Positions 39,394 to 51,769 of a stretch of 64,000 nt of DNA are shown piece after piece (the stretch's first letter is position 1; each line of letters begins with the position of its first letter). Under the pieces are notes generated by a model. The model did not search any database. It saw only the letters and a program-made list of their open reading frames with translations, and had not been told where the DNA came from. The stretch is from Catajapyx aquilonaris (lineage: Eukaryota), in the NCBI GenBank assembly GCA_000934665.2, contig KZ538171.1:1-64000 (forward strand), in the 5' to 3' direction. Made by a program: the position numbers and the translations under genes.

Positions 39394-41497
39394 CCCCGCC
39401 GAAGACAACAGAGAGCAGCAACACTCCATCGTCCCTCACTGCAAGGATGACCCCAGCACATCACAACAGCACACGATAACCAGCATTCAGCCAGGTCGCC
39501 AATGTCATCAGCACATATTAAAGGGGGTCCCCCTCAGGGGTCCCCAACTTTGAGGTCCCCCCGACGGTTCCTCGTTCCCCTGTGACCTGCTTGGAATCCT
39601 GCCCGCGGTCCCGTTTGCGGTTTGTCTGCTGCAGCCCTTTGCCACCCAAATGATGCCCTCTGCCAGAATACACGACCCAAAAGGCAAAGCACCTTCACCA
39701 GTAGAAAAGCAGCGATTCAGGTAGCCAGCCAACCAGAACGGACTGTGCAAAAATGGTCCGCGAATAGACCACCCCCATTGTTGCATATAGTGCGGTGGGG
39801 GTCTTACTAACGAGGTCATCGTTCGTGCAGCACGAAGTGGGTGACAGGAAGAAGGGGTCGTAATAAATTCTAACCTTGACCCTTCAGGAATGAAGACTAT
39901 GCGAAACAATTCCAGTCGAACAGCCGAACCGGTCCAGCGGCCATCCACTTTACTTTCTTCTCTCTGCCCATTTTTTTTCTTTTATTTTCTTTTTAACAAA
40001 AATTTCGGGGGAGAAAAAAAAATGTTGCGACATGCGGTCAATTCACGCGATTTGTCCTAGGCTACTGCTGATGCGCCTCGCACCTACATAATATATGTAC
40101 CGCATTTTATGGGCGATAACTACCTACCTTTCGAGTCGAAGACCTCTTATCTTCCGAGAAAATCAAAGTCATCGTCTCGCTATGATAACTTGAGGAACTA
40201 ACTGTAATCCCCCGGCACACTAACACTCTTCATGCCCTATCCGCCCACCAAAACTATCTGTTCCACATTACATCCCATTTATTCCCACAACAAACGGGCA
40301 AAAAAAAAGGGTCTGCTCACACGTATTTGTGTCAATTTCACTTACCGGCGTTTTTGGCCAATTCCCACCCCCAATGTTCTTGGGAGGAGGAGGTACCTTG
40401 GCCTGTTGTTGCTACCTGGAAGTCCCAGGTGTATCTGCTTGGCCGGGTGGTAAAGGAGGTGGAGGGGGTGCCCCATAGCCTCAGGAAGAAGAGGAAGGAG
40501 AAAAAATGCGGAGGGCACCTGGAGGAGGAAGAGCAACAAGACCAAGTCGTATCTGTGGCCTTGACCTCACCTATACCACCCAACCCACCCCCCTGTTGCT
40601 GCCACTCAACCAGAAAAATGGGTACCGTTAGACTCAAATCCACTTTTAGAACCGCCTTGGGTGCACTTGCTTTTAGGAGGGTTTGTGACCCCAAAGGTCA
40701 CCAGGTGGAACTTGTAGGTGGGTGGTAGTGGGATGGTATAACTGGAATCTAGTTGCTGCTCCTCATTTTTCGGCCTATCCTGTATGGCTTGTGCAGCACC
40801 TAACGGTATCCTCGCCTACGTTTTGTTTACTTTTCAATTAGCTGCGCGGTCTTATTGACTTTTTAATGCTGCGGGTCACTTTTATAGTCGTCTGGAATGT
40901 AAATTGTAACGGGATTTTGCCGGGCAACTTTGGCCACCGACGCAGAGCTGGCAGACAACTTGGATGCGTCTGTTTTTTTTTTGGAAAGTGTGGGATCATC
41001 AGCCACTAACTAAGTGGGTGCGCAATGTACCGTTATTCACTTCAACGTACTTGTTTTACATTGTGGTGTCGAATGAGGGTACTAATTATTAAGCACATTA
41101 TGGGGGTCACATATACTAAAAGCCCTGCCTAGCTGCAAGTATGACCTAATTGATTAATTTAGCTTTCTGATAAAGACCAGTTTCATGTTTCAACTTACAA
41201 GCCCATAGAGTTCCTCCGTGGTTGGAGAAAGCATAACCAGTATGTCACGTAATTTATTAGTCACAGGTTGTGCAAATTTGCTTCAACATTGCGAATTCCA
41301 CAAGCTTTCTACGTATACAGTCAAACTCACCGCGCACGCGATACGGTAAGTGCGATACAGTATTCGGACTGTGGCGCCATCTATCCGTTGTGTTCAGAAC
41401 TAGAACACGATCGATGGCACTCATTTTGATTTCAGGAATGTGAGTCGATTCCTTCCCAATCTGTCGGCAAGGACTGGTGCCCGGGGCAAATAGGACC

Positions 41498-44400
41498 ATG
41501 AGGCTGAAGACGTCCCTTCTGAAGGAGACCAAGCACTCCGAGATAGTTTGCTGCGTGGGATGGAACGGGGTGGACGAGGTCTACTCTTGCGGGTCAGCAC
41601 CCCACTTGTTATTCTTTGTTCTTTGACTGAAACGCTGCTTCTTTTTGTATTGTAGAGATGACCATCAGCTGATCGGATGGAACTTGCTGACAAACGAGAC
41701 GGTGAAGGTGGCGGACTTCCCCGAGGACTTCTACCCTACAGATATGCACTGGCTTCCAAAGGGGAGCCACATGAACGTGGGCGGAGGGAAGAAGCCTGCC
41801 CTGGATATGTTCCTGCTCACCTCAGCTGACGGCCGCTTCCACTTTGTCAACCGCAATGGACGCTTTGATAAGAGTGTGGAGGCGCACAAGGGAGCTGTGC
41901 TGGCCGGACGGTGGAGCTACGATGGCACTGGACTCGCCACTGGTAAGAAGGCTTTCCTCTGACGGACATTGTGTAACCTCTGTCATATTTGCTCCAACTA
42001 ACAGCTGGTGAGGATGGTCAGGTGAAGATATGGTCCCGTAATGGCATGTTGCGGTCCACTCTGGCTCAACTGGGGATGCCTGTGTACAGTCTGGTCTGGA
42101 GTGGCGACTCCACCCAGATACTCCACACTGCCGGACGCAACCTGGTGATCAAGCCCCTGGCTCCCAATTGCAAGCCCATTCAGTGGAAGGCTCATGAGGG
42201 GCTTGTCCTCAGAGTAGCTTGGAATCCTTCCAACAACCTCCTGTTGTCAGGAGGTGAAGACTGCAAGTACAGGGTGTGGGATAGTTATGGGAGACAGCTG
42301 TACTGCAGTGCTGCAAATGACTTCCCCATCACTTCCCTGGCCTGGGCGCCAGATGGGGAGTTGTTTGCTGTAGGTTCCTTCAACATGCTTCGACTCTGTG
42401 ACAAGCTTGGTTGGTCCTACTCCTTGGATAAGCCAAATACTGGAAGTTTGTTTGCTCTCTCTTGGTCCAGTGATGGGACTCAAGTTGCCGGGGCATGTGG
42501 GAATGGCCACGTCATCTTTGCCCATGTGATTGAAAAGTAAGGAGTGCTCAGTAGTATTAAATGGAATAGCAAAAATTACCTGTACATGTCGTATACATTT
42601 CCATTAGTTCTTGATCAAAATAATTTTGTGTTGCTCAGTTTCATGTTTTCATTGAAACTCTGTCTTATTGTGTTCTCCAGGCGGTTGGAATGGAAGAGCT
42701 TTGAGGCAACTGTGTCTGGACGCAAGATTATAACCTTGTGGAACGTCATGGATGAGGCCAAGGAGAAACTTGATTTTCGTGATCGCATCATCAAGGCTGC
42801 GTTTGCCTTCGACCATCTGATAGTAGCAACTCCTTCCCAGTGTTATGTGTACAAGACCAACAACTGGAATACACCAATTATATTTGACCTCAAGGAAGGG
42901 AATGTTACATTGGTCGTCCAGTCAGCGAGGTATTGCCATCTTATATGTTGCTTTACTAATTCTTGTTCGAGATACTTGGTAGGAAAAGTAAAAATAGTGA
43001 GTATATGCAGGATATGTGTACAGTCAATCTGAACGTGACATCCAAGACTGGGAACATATTCAAACTGTCCAATTACCTCCATGCCAAGGTTGCCAACCCT
43101 CATCCTGCTGAAGATAATAATTTTGTATAAAATTTATCATGACCATTTCTTGCAGGCATTTCATGCTGGTTGAGAGTGGATGTGTGTCCATGCACAGCTA
43201 TGAAGGTCGGCTCTTGTGTCACCTCAGGTGGGCTGGCATGAGGCCTGATGCCCTCAGCAAAGCTGCTGTCAGTGTGTCAAGTGATACTGTTGCCATCAGG
43301 GACCAGACAGACGAGAAAAGTAAAATCTTGCTAACTGAAACTTATCCCAACTTATAGCATAAACTCCTGTGGCATTGCCCTGCTCATTGTTGTGTCTGAT
43401 TTACATTCTATGTAGATGTGCACCTGTTTGATGCAACAACAGGAAAACCCCTGAACGATGGGAAACCATACCAGCATCAGCTGGAAGTAGTGGAGGTAGC
43501 TTTGGACCAAGTGGGCCCCCCCAACGAGCGGAGGATGGCCTTGGTGGACAAGAACAGGGACCTTTTCTTGGTAGCAGTGCGCAGATATGGCCTTGGTGCC
43601 GGCAATGTGAGCGCCACCTCTGCCCCGGTCACCAAATGCATGAAGCTGGGTTCTATGGTATCATCTCTGAGTTGGAACGATGAGGCCAACATGCTGGCTG
43701 CCATCAAGGAATCCCTCTTTACCGTCTGGTATCACCCATCTGTGGTCTTTGTCGACAGGACCCTGGTTGGCCGTACTGTGCTTGAGAAAGATGTCAGGTA
43801 ACTGATAGTGTACTTATTATGAGTGATTAAAAGAGACCTTATGTGAATCTAATGTCCAAAACAAGTAATCTGTTTCATTTTCAGTGATCTGGGGAAGGGT
43901 CCAATGGTAGTGAACTTTGTGGGGAACCATGTGAGCGTCCGCAAATCTGATGGATCTTTGGTGAATATGGCCATCTCCCCATTTCCATCCACCTTGCACA
44001 GCCTGGTAGGGATGTCTCAGTGGGATGATGCCCTTAGGCTTTGCCGGTCTGCAAAGGTAAAGACGTTTGGAGAGCCCAATTCAGTTATTTCATTAACCAT
44101 CCCACTTCTTTCTCAAGGAGGATGTCCTTTGGGCATGCCTGGCAGGGATGGCCATCCAAAACCGGGATCTCACCACAGCAGAGGTAGCTTATGCCTCGAT
44201 TGATGAAGCTGACAAGGTGTTTTACCTGCAGCATGTTAAAGGTTTGTCCAGCCGAGAGCTGAAGGCGGCAGAGATGGCCCTGCTAGGTGGGAGCATCCAA
44301 GATGCAGAGGCTGCCCTGACAGCTGCAGGGTTGACCTTTCGTGCCATCATGCTCCACATCCACTTATACAACTGGAGTCGGGCTTTGGATCTGGCCATTA

Positions 44401-44891
44401 AGAACAAGACCCATGTGGACACAGTCCTGGCTCATAGAGAGAGATACCTGGCCCGCACAGGTCGGAAGGAGACTGATGAGAAGTTTGCAGGCTTCAAGGG
44501 GAAGATGGACCTGGAGTGGGATCAAATTGTTGCCAAGATGCGATTTGAAGAGGAGAAGGAAGCAGCCACTGAGAGTCACTCCTCTGCAGAGAGGACAATT
44601 GATATCGTTTCTACAAAGCCTGCTGGTAGAAACAAGGCTGGGGGAAGGGCGCCCATGTTTGCAAATTCCAAGAGTGACAAGAGCAGGAGCAGCAGTGGAG
44701 GAAGTTGGAGGGGGAGTGGGGCAAGTATAACAGGAAATGCTGGGAGCGAGGGCACAGCAGGGGATGGTGAGGAGGATGTCATGGTGGAAGAGGAGGTGGA
44801 AGAAGAAGTGGAAGCAGCTGAAGAGTATGATGATAAAATTACTAGTCATCAGGGCAAAATGGATGATGATGATAAAAGTTTTTACATGTAG
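41498..44891 (+). CDS. IFT80: Intraflagellar transport protein 80, ~884 aa
   Basis: Exons 41498-41592, 41656-41942, 42005-42536, 42681-42929, 43156-43319, 43416-43797, 43885-44056, 44118-44891 (2655 nt). Peptides [59 protein letters not shown]. Confidence 0.96.
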
Positions 44892-45453
44892 AGCTGATTG
44901 GGTTCATTGCTTGAATGCAATACATTTTGAAAGGAGCCCTTTGGCAAAAGATGGCTTTTCACAGGACGTCAATTCAGTATCACTTGTTCCTCCAAGGTAG
45001 TATAAACTAAATATATGAGTCAGGATTACCCAACACTTCATTTTAAATGAAATGATAAGTACATAGTGTCATGTGATGACCTTGTTATATTGTGTACACT
45101 CAAAGGTTTGAGCACACATTTTATGAATGATATTCATGTGCAATGATGCACATACTCGTATATTATTGATTTGTGTTCATCTAGTTTTGCAAATTATCGA
45201 TGTGATGAAAAATGGATTTAAGCACATGTTACAAACTAACATTTGGTTTAAGTCATGTTATCAGCATTGAAAAATGGAGTATAATTTATTTAAATGCACA
45301 TAAAGTACAATATGTATTTTAAACAATATGACAGGCAAATCTCTTTGCCTTAATCTAGTCCGTCCATGTCTTGCATTTCCAGCCAACATTGTTTTCTTTC
45401 CCACAATGTGCCTCTAGTCATGTACACGCACAAAACCAAAATAAACAAATAAT

Positions 45454-46588
45454 TCACTTGATGTACTTTTCCATGAACTTCTTGTGAAACTCTGACCGCA
45501 ACGAGTCATTGATGAAATGCTTCTCCATCCTCTCTGGTTCTGCACGGGCACAGTTCTTGAATACTACGTCGTCATCCCAACGGCGCTTGACCTGTTGTAA
45601 GGAAAGCGATTAGTTAATTCTTAATTGCCTAACAACCACTGCAGCCCACACCAGATGAGGTAGCAAGTTAGCCATTAAATAACTGAACACCCCACATGTC
45701 TCACCTTCAAGTCAGCCTTGGGGGCAGCTCCAGCATAGTTCAGAAGCGGGTTTCCACTCAGGATGTTCTCCATTCGGATTCTCTCTTCTTCTTGCCTGCG
45801 CTCAGCTTCCTGCAAGTTAAAATTAAGATAAAAGGTTACTGGTGTTGACTGACCATGAGTCATGCCTTCATCTGTTTGACCATACCTTCCTGGCCTGGTC
45901 AGCAGATCGTTCCTTCTTGATTCGCTGCAGTTCTGCCATAAGTTCTGCAGTGTCATCCTCTGAATCTTCTGAGTTGGAATCGTCAGCATCCAATGGATCA
46001 TCAGCATCCAAGTTTGTGGTGGGAATCTGGTCCAGTCGAGGTTTTTTGGCGCTAATGCGAGATGTGAAAACGTTAGTCATACAGCAATACCAACGGCCTG
46101 TTGCATCAAATAAAATACAGATGAAACATGTGATTATGAATAAGTAATCAGGCTCTGTCAGAAGGGTGTAAGAACTTGCAGGTAATGAGTGTAAATATGG
46201 GGATCCCCCCCTTTTTTAATGCGACTACTCACTGACTCTCCCTTGGTTCCCTCCCTTCTCTGGCCTCCCGCCCTCCCTCGATGGCTGCACTGCTGGGAGG
46301 AACACTGCTGATAGCCGCTGCAGCTCCAGAAGCACTCCCGCCTCCTCCTCCACCAGCTCCCCTCTTGCCCTCCCTGACGACCACCCTCTCTCGCTCATCC
46401 AGTTCCCGGCGGAAGTCCCTGCCCCTCAGCTCCTCAGAGGTCCCCTGCCCATACTCCCTGAACTTGAGCTTGTTGTGGGAGGGAAGGTCACGACTGGAGT
46501 ACTGCTTGGACATGGCACTCAAGTCCTTCTCCCCACGGCCCTGCCCTCCACGGGCAGGCTCAAATGTGGGGCGGGCTGCAGTCGTCAT
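45454..46588 (-). CDS. CWC15: Spliceosome-associated protein CWC15, 254 aa
   Basis: Exons 46588-46233, 46051-45886, 45809-45705, 45591-45454 (765 nt). Peptides [57 protein letters not shown]. Confidence 0.97.
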
Positions 46589-47818
46589 CTTGGGCACCTA
46601 GTCTGTACCCTGGGAACAAATGTCATGGTTTCATTAGCATACTGGACTGGAGCATGTTTAATTCAAACAGCCTGCTGGCTGCTTTATCATCGTATTGCCT
46701 GTGCATTTGGATATAGGAAACCTCGGTACTTGATTACTGATTTCAGTCCCTTGAAGTCTGTTATATTGGGGTCCACTGTATTAAGTGAAATTAAGTGGGG
46801 GTGCAACGTCAGTTAATGGCCAATACTAATAGACCTGACCTTTTATCGTCATTAGCTAATATTGCATACGCCCAAGAGCTAAGAAGAAGCCGCGGCCTTT
46901 CTCAAAGTGTAACGCATCCAGAAAGCAAACGCTTTTCGGTTTGTTCCGGAACCCGTGTCGCCTGTGCATTGCGCACGAGTGCGCAACAAACTGCAGTTAG
47001 CCTTGCACCCATACCTGACGTGAAACAGCACCAGCGGAGACGAGTATTCCCTTGTTTCCTTTCGCCGACACCTCCTCTCCTCGAGGACGACTCTTCTTCA
47101 CAAAATCTGAGAAAAAACTAACATGGCGGACAACAGGGTCGCCAACATGATGTGTGCGCGAGTCATTTGTAATCAATTATCTAATTATAAGTAATAGTCT
47201 TTATAAATGACATTTGAAAATATACACTTATATCTCGCGCATTAGTGGGTTAATAATGTTATACGTCGTTTGAATAAGCATAAAAACGCGTAGCATATGA
47301 TTTAGCTGCTTGGACAGAAAGCAGCTACTAGGAGCAGCTTATGGAGAAGCTCTTTCGCCATTTACCTGTGTCCCTATATGACCACTTACATCTGGGATAG
47401 TTGGGGACCCACATATTATGAACTTTTTACACATTGTGTTCCAGTACTTCTGGAACACTGTCATAGTATATTTTAATAAATTCTCCTTCAGTAGCCTATA
47501 TAATTTTCATGAAATACACATCCTTGTTAATTAAAAAAAATTAATTTTGTTCCCTCGAAAAAATTCCTTTTTATTCCCTCCATCCGGACTCATTACAACT
47601 CTGCTAAATTTTAGTCAGAAAATTTTTAATACAAAATTTCAGACTTTTAGTTGAAGATCAGAGTCTAGGATGCATCATTTGTTGTTTTCATTATTATTGG
47701 CAACTTTTCATTGAAGAGTTCAATATTATCATAACAATGAGCACGGGCATTTCAAAATAGCACAAACGAGAACAATTTTATTTACATTTTGATAGAACAC
47801 AACATTTATAAAACATCC

Positions 47819-49115
47819 TCAAAAGATAGCAAATCTAGTTGATGCTGGAGGCTGATGTAGCAGTTTCCCTAGGGGTAAACACGGCCCAGGCTTGATAGTC
47901 ATTCTCCTCATAGCCTCGTGAATCTCAGGTGTAGTGATGGGCTTCATGACACACTTGCAGGTAACATGTCCTGCAGATATCATTAATCCTCTGTCCTGGT
48001 TGCTGCACATGTGCACATCAGACCTCACCAGGAGGGAGGCCTCCACCACCTGGGCCACTGACTGTTGAGCCAGCCATGATAGAACTCCCACAGCACTGCT
48101 GGTTAGTCTGCAAAAAATATATGTACTACTTCTCCAGATTTACCAGTAGACCACTTTTAAAATACTACAATAGAAACTGCTTCACTTGAAGTTCAGAAGT
48201 TAAGCAGCCACATTTTGTAATTCACTGGGCATGAACTCGAATCACTCCGAGATTGTAGAGCAAACATAACTACTGCAGTAGCCCTTTATTGCAAGTCACA
48301 TGCAGCATTGGTTAATCACACAAAATTTTCTCTTACGTGAAGGAAGGATCAGTGCTTTCCTGAATGCACTCCATGTTCTTAACCCACTGGGCAAACTTGC
48401 TGGTAAAGAAGGATATCCGTTTGGCAGAACTGTACTTGAAGTAAGTGGCTTCATCCAGCACACGCGAACGATTTTCAGCCCTCACTTTCCTCAGCTGCAA
48501 ATCTGGATCAGGCAGGCCCAAAAAGTCCATCTCCCAACCTTCTCCCATCAGAGTCTCCATGCACTCTCGTATCTGATCGAAAAGACTCGTCTTGCTGCTA
48601 TCCTCTGGTTCAGTGACTAAACCGTCGCAGCTCCAGCCTTTCATCACATGACTTCTCATGGCCCGCACCTCTGAAAAATTTCAGTCTTTAAAAAAATACA
48701 GCAAATGCGCATGACAATCACAACCAACAATTAAGGTACAACACGACAGGGCCACAGTTACTTTCTCATGAGTATGAGAAAATGATGCCATGCACTGCGC
48801 ATCAACCACCAGCCTGACAGGCGTACCCATGGCATGAATGAGCCTCTGGATCAAGACATTGTCGTTGCGAATCAAGAAGAGGATGTCTCCCAGCCCAATG
48901 GTGGAGCTGGCCCTCCGACAGACAACTTCCTGCGCGCTGACCAACAGGGCAGAGAGGACCCTGGCCATGACCCTCTCCACCAGCTGGGCCGAGTCCACCC
49001 TTGGCTCTGGTGCGTCCCCAAACCCAAACATCATCTGGCGTATCTCGGAGGTGAAGTTGTAACCTCCCACTCCTGCCGCGCCATTCTGCTGTGCTCCTTC
49101 GGCAGCTCCTTCCAT
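47819..49115 (-). CDS. SUPT3H: SAGA subunit SPT3 homologue (two histone folds), ~303 aa
   Basis: Exons 49115-48827, 48670-48337, 48107-47819 (912 nt). Peptides FTSEIRQMMFGFGDAPEP, DILFLIRND, VLSWLAQQSVAQVVEASLLVR, PITTPEIHEAMRR. Confidence 0.88.
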
Positions 49116-49379
49116 CTCCTCCTCTCAGCTACACCTAGGTTACACGTCGAAGCTACACGTAGTTCACAGGAGCTGGCTCCTGGCACTGATGACCATTGTT
49201 GTCATTGTTCAGATCACACGATTGGGCTGCGATCTAGAACATAAGAAGACTCATTCCTACTCCTGCCTTCAACAGGGTTGCTGCCGATCAAAGGAACAGT
49301 TCGGTCCGTTGTGTCCATCATCTGCTTGGCTTGTTGGATTGTTGGAAGCAGTGCGAAAGACACGTGCTGCTTCCTGAAG

Positions 49380-50828
49380 ATGCAGGGCGGGCCTGGCGAT
49401 GATTCGGATGATTCTGAGAGCGACTGGATGTACGGATCCATCAGGAGGTATAAGTGGACCAGCTCAGGTAGTCAGGTTGACATCTTTATAACTCATCACT
49501 GAATGATGGTGGCAGGTACAAGCACCTCCTCATGTTTGAGCTGGAGTTTGCGGCTACCTGCCTGGAGGTGTGCGGGGATGGGGCCGGTGCCTGCAGCGTC
49601 TGCGTGGCAGGGGCCAGGCCGAGGGCCAAGGGACAGCAGGGTGATGGGGCCGCCGCCACAGCTGGGGAGATCCTGCACATGGCCTTCCCAGAGAAGCTGC
49701 ACAGTGCATCTAAGGAAGATGAGGGGCTGCGCAGTGGGAGGGATCTTGCCATCAAGGGAGGAGTCTTCACCCATGGCCTCGTTAAACAGGTGCTTCACTG
49801 TCATGTACACAAGGGCATTCCGGCATTGCATTTTGAACCAGTCCAAAATTCATCATGTTCAGGCTGCTGTTCACAACGGCTGCTTAATGCATAATATTGT
49901 AGGCCTGCCATAATACAGAGTCTTGTGTCAGTCTCTTGAGACCTGGCCTGCCCTACACAGATAGATGTATTTTGGGTATTGAGTTGATGTGCTTGTAGTG
50001 ACATTCATTCATTGTAGTGACTTACATGGGCTCATTCGAATGGCCAAATTTAGGAGTAGGCCTACTCCTAAATTTGGCCATTCGAATTCTTGGAAGGTTC
50101 CCCTTTCTGCTTATTGAGAGGTCATCAACAAGAAACAGGAGTGGTCGGGAGTAGTGGAGCCAGGACATGGCATGGTTCTCTGAGTGACCAGGAAAGATAA
50201 AGACAAGAGATATTTTGCATAATCAAGGGAGTCAGAGTGACAGGCCTGAGAGAGTAGTGATTGTTCAGGACAGGGTTTTCCCATCCCAGTATTGGTCTTG
50301 TATAATTTGGTACTATCCATTAGTATTGTGCAATCTGAGAAATAATCATTATGCCTGCCATGCAGTCATAGGCACCTGCCTATCTGACTACATTGGTGCC
50401 TGTACTGTCTTGTCCTCAAATCGTGAGACAATACATTGAAAAATAAATTATGTTAGCTTAAGTATTGCTAATGAACGTTCTACCGTGGGGAGGTGTGGTG
50501 GCCGAGATAGTAATGTCTCGGCTTGCTGAGTGAAAGGCCCCAGGTTCGATCCCCGCCTGGGGAACTTCCTTTCACCTGTTTCGGGAGGGTCTCTGACCTG
50601 CACCTTGGAGGTGTCTGGCAACCTAACCTCCTGGGGGACTGCACATGGCCCAAACTTGAGACATTGCACCAGCACCCCTGTCCCCTCCCCGAAAAGCCCT
50701 ATCCTTACCTAATGTCCTTGATTCCCTTCACCGGAGACTGAAGTTAACGAAGCAGAAAATTGATGGTGGTGTGCCACCCCCCAAAAGGGCCTATGTACGC
50801 CTATCACGGGGTAAAATAAATATTTTTA

Positions 50829-50896
<68 letters not shown>

Positions 50897-51762
50897 ACAT
50901 TCTACCACTGCAAACCTTGTTTTGTTACAGATTAAGTCAGCTTCTGATGGTCAGTTGATTGCTGTCTCTGAAGAACAAAGGGAAGGAGTCAAACTGTACT
51001 CCATAAAGAACGATGAAACAGGTACAACTGATGTAATTTGAGAAATGGAGCCTTATACCAACCCAATGGTATGACTATTCCACAGATATGCTGCAAGAAA
51101 CTACTAGTGTGCAGAGCAACATCACATCTCCAATTGTTGACATTCACCAATCTACGATGGTGATGAGTGCTGTGGCAAACCAACTGGAGGTGTATGACCT
51201 GGAATCCATGCAGATATCCTTCAGGACAAGATTTGAAGCTGAGGCACGACAAATCTCATCTCTCAGGTTTCCTACACAAGACTTGATAGTTGCATGTGAC
51301 TCACAAGATGGTATTGTTTTTATGAAAGATATGCGACAATCAAATGGTGTGCAAATTTCGAAGCTGGACTGGTGTAAGAATGACTTCTGGAAAATGGCCA
51401 CTGATGGTTCTGTAATAATACTTGCCTCTGCCAGAGGGCAGTATCTGTTAAGTGATGTACGCAATTTCACCAACGTAGTCTCAAGTGGCCATCTTCAAGT
51501 ACCTACGTGCTCTGGAAAGTACTTGACAGTGTCGCTGTCACCTACAAGTAATGCATTTTCAGTATCCGGATATGACCACAATGTGTACATATATGAAAAG
51601 GATAATGCAATTAACCCTGTCTTCAAGCACGATGGCCATGGTGCTAAAAGCATTTATCGTGAAAAACGTGTGACTACGCATGTGTGGCACCCTAAGGAAC
51701 CAAACCTACTCATTTCAGCCTCGGAAAATGAATCACTGCATGCATGGCAGTTCATGCAGTGA
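49380..51762 (+). CDS. WDR73: WD repeat-containing protein 73-like, ~369 aa
   Basis: Exons 49380-49447, 49516-49789, 50931-51021, 51086-51762 (1110 nt). DWMYGSIRRYKHLLMFEL, EILHMAFPEKL...EGLRSGRDLAIKGG, FKHDGH, VTTHVWHP and SLHAWQF match WDR73 conserved blocks as recalled. Confidence 0.85.
50034..50087. repeat. Perfect 54-bp spacerless palindrome
   Basis: ATTCGAATGGCCAAATTTAGGAGTAGG|CCTACTCCTAAATTTGGCCATTCGAAT; the 27-bp arms are exactly complementary. Confidence 0.95.
50485..50890 (+). mobile_element. tRNA-derived SINE with (AAT)n tail and TSD
   Basis: Pol III A-box-like TGGCCGAGATAG and B-box GGTTCGATCCC near the 5' end. (AAT)n tail ~50828-50890. Flanking direct repeat TAATGAACGTTCTACC (50469-50484) / TAATGAACATTCTACC (50891-50906). 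Confidence 0.9.
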
Positions 51763-51769
51763 ATCCAAG

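Noticed and set aside
40342..40545. Hydrophobic ORF (LVLLLFLLQVPSAFFLL...QKRR) before a strong donor at 40345, resembling a peptide precursor
   Set aside because: No in-frame ATG before the hydrophobic stretch (upstream TGA), and its phase does not fit the 38360 acceptor. More likely a 5' UTR exon; unresolved.
41371..41383. CTCF-like core GTGGCGCCATCTA upstream of IFT80
   Set aside because: A single short motif that cannot be supported without PWM scoring or ChIP data.
50485..50562. tRNA gene
   Set aside because: A/B boxes are present but I could not fold a convincing cloverleaf. It is followed by a body, tail and TSD, so it is a SINE head.
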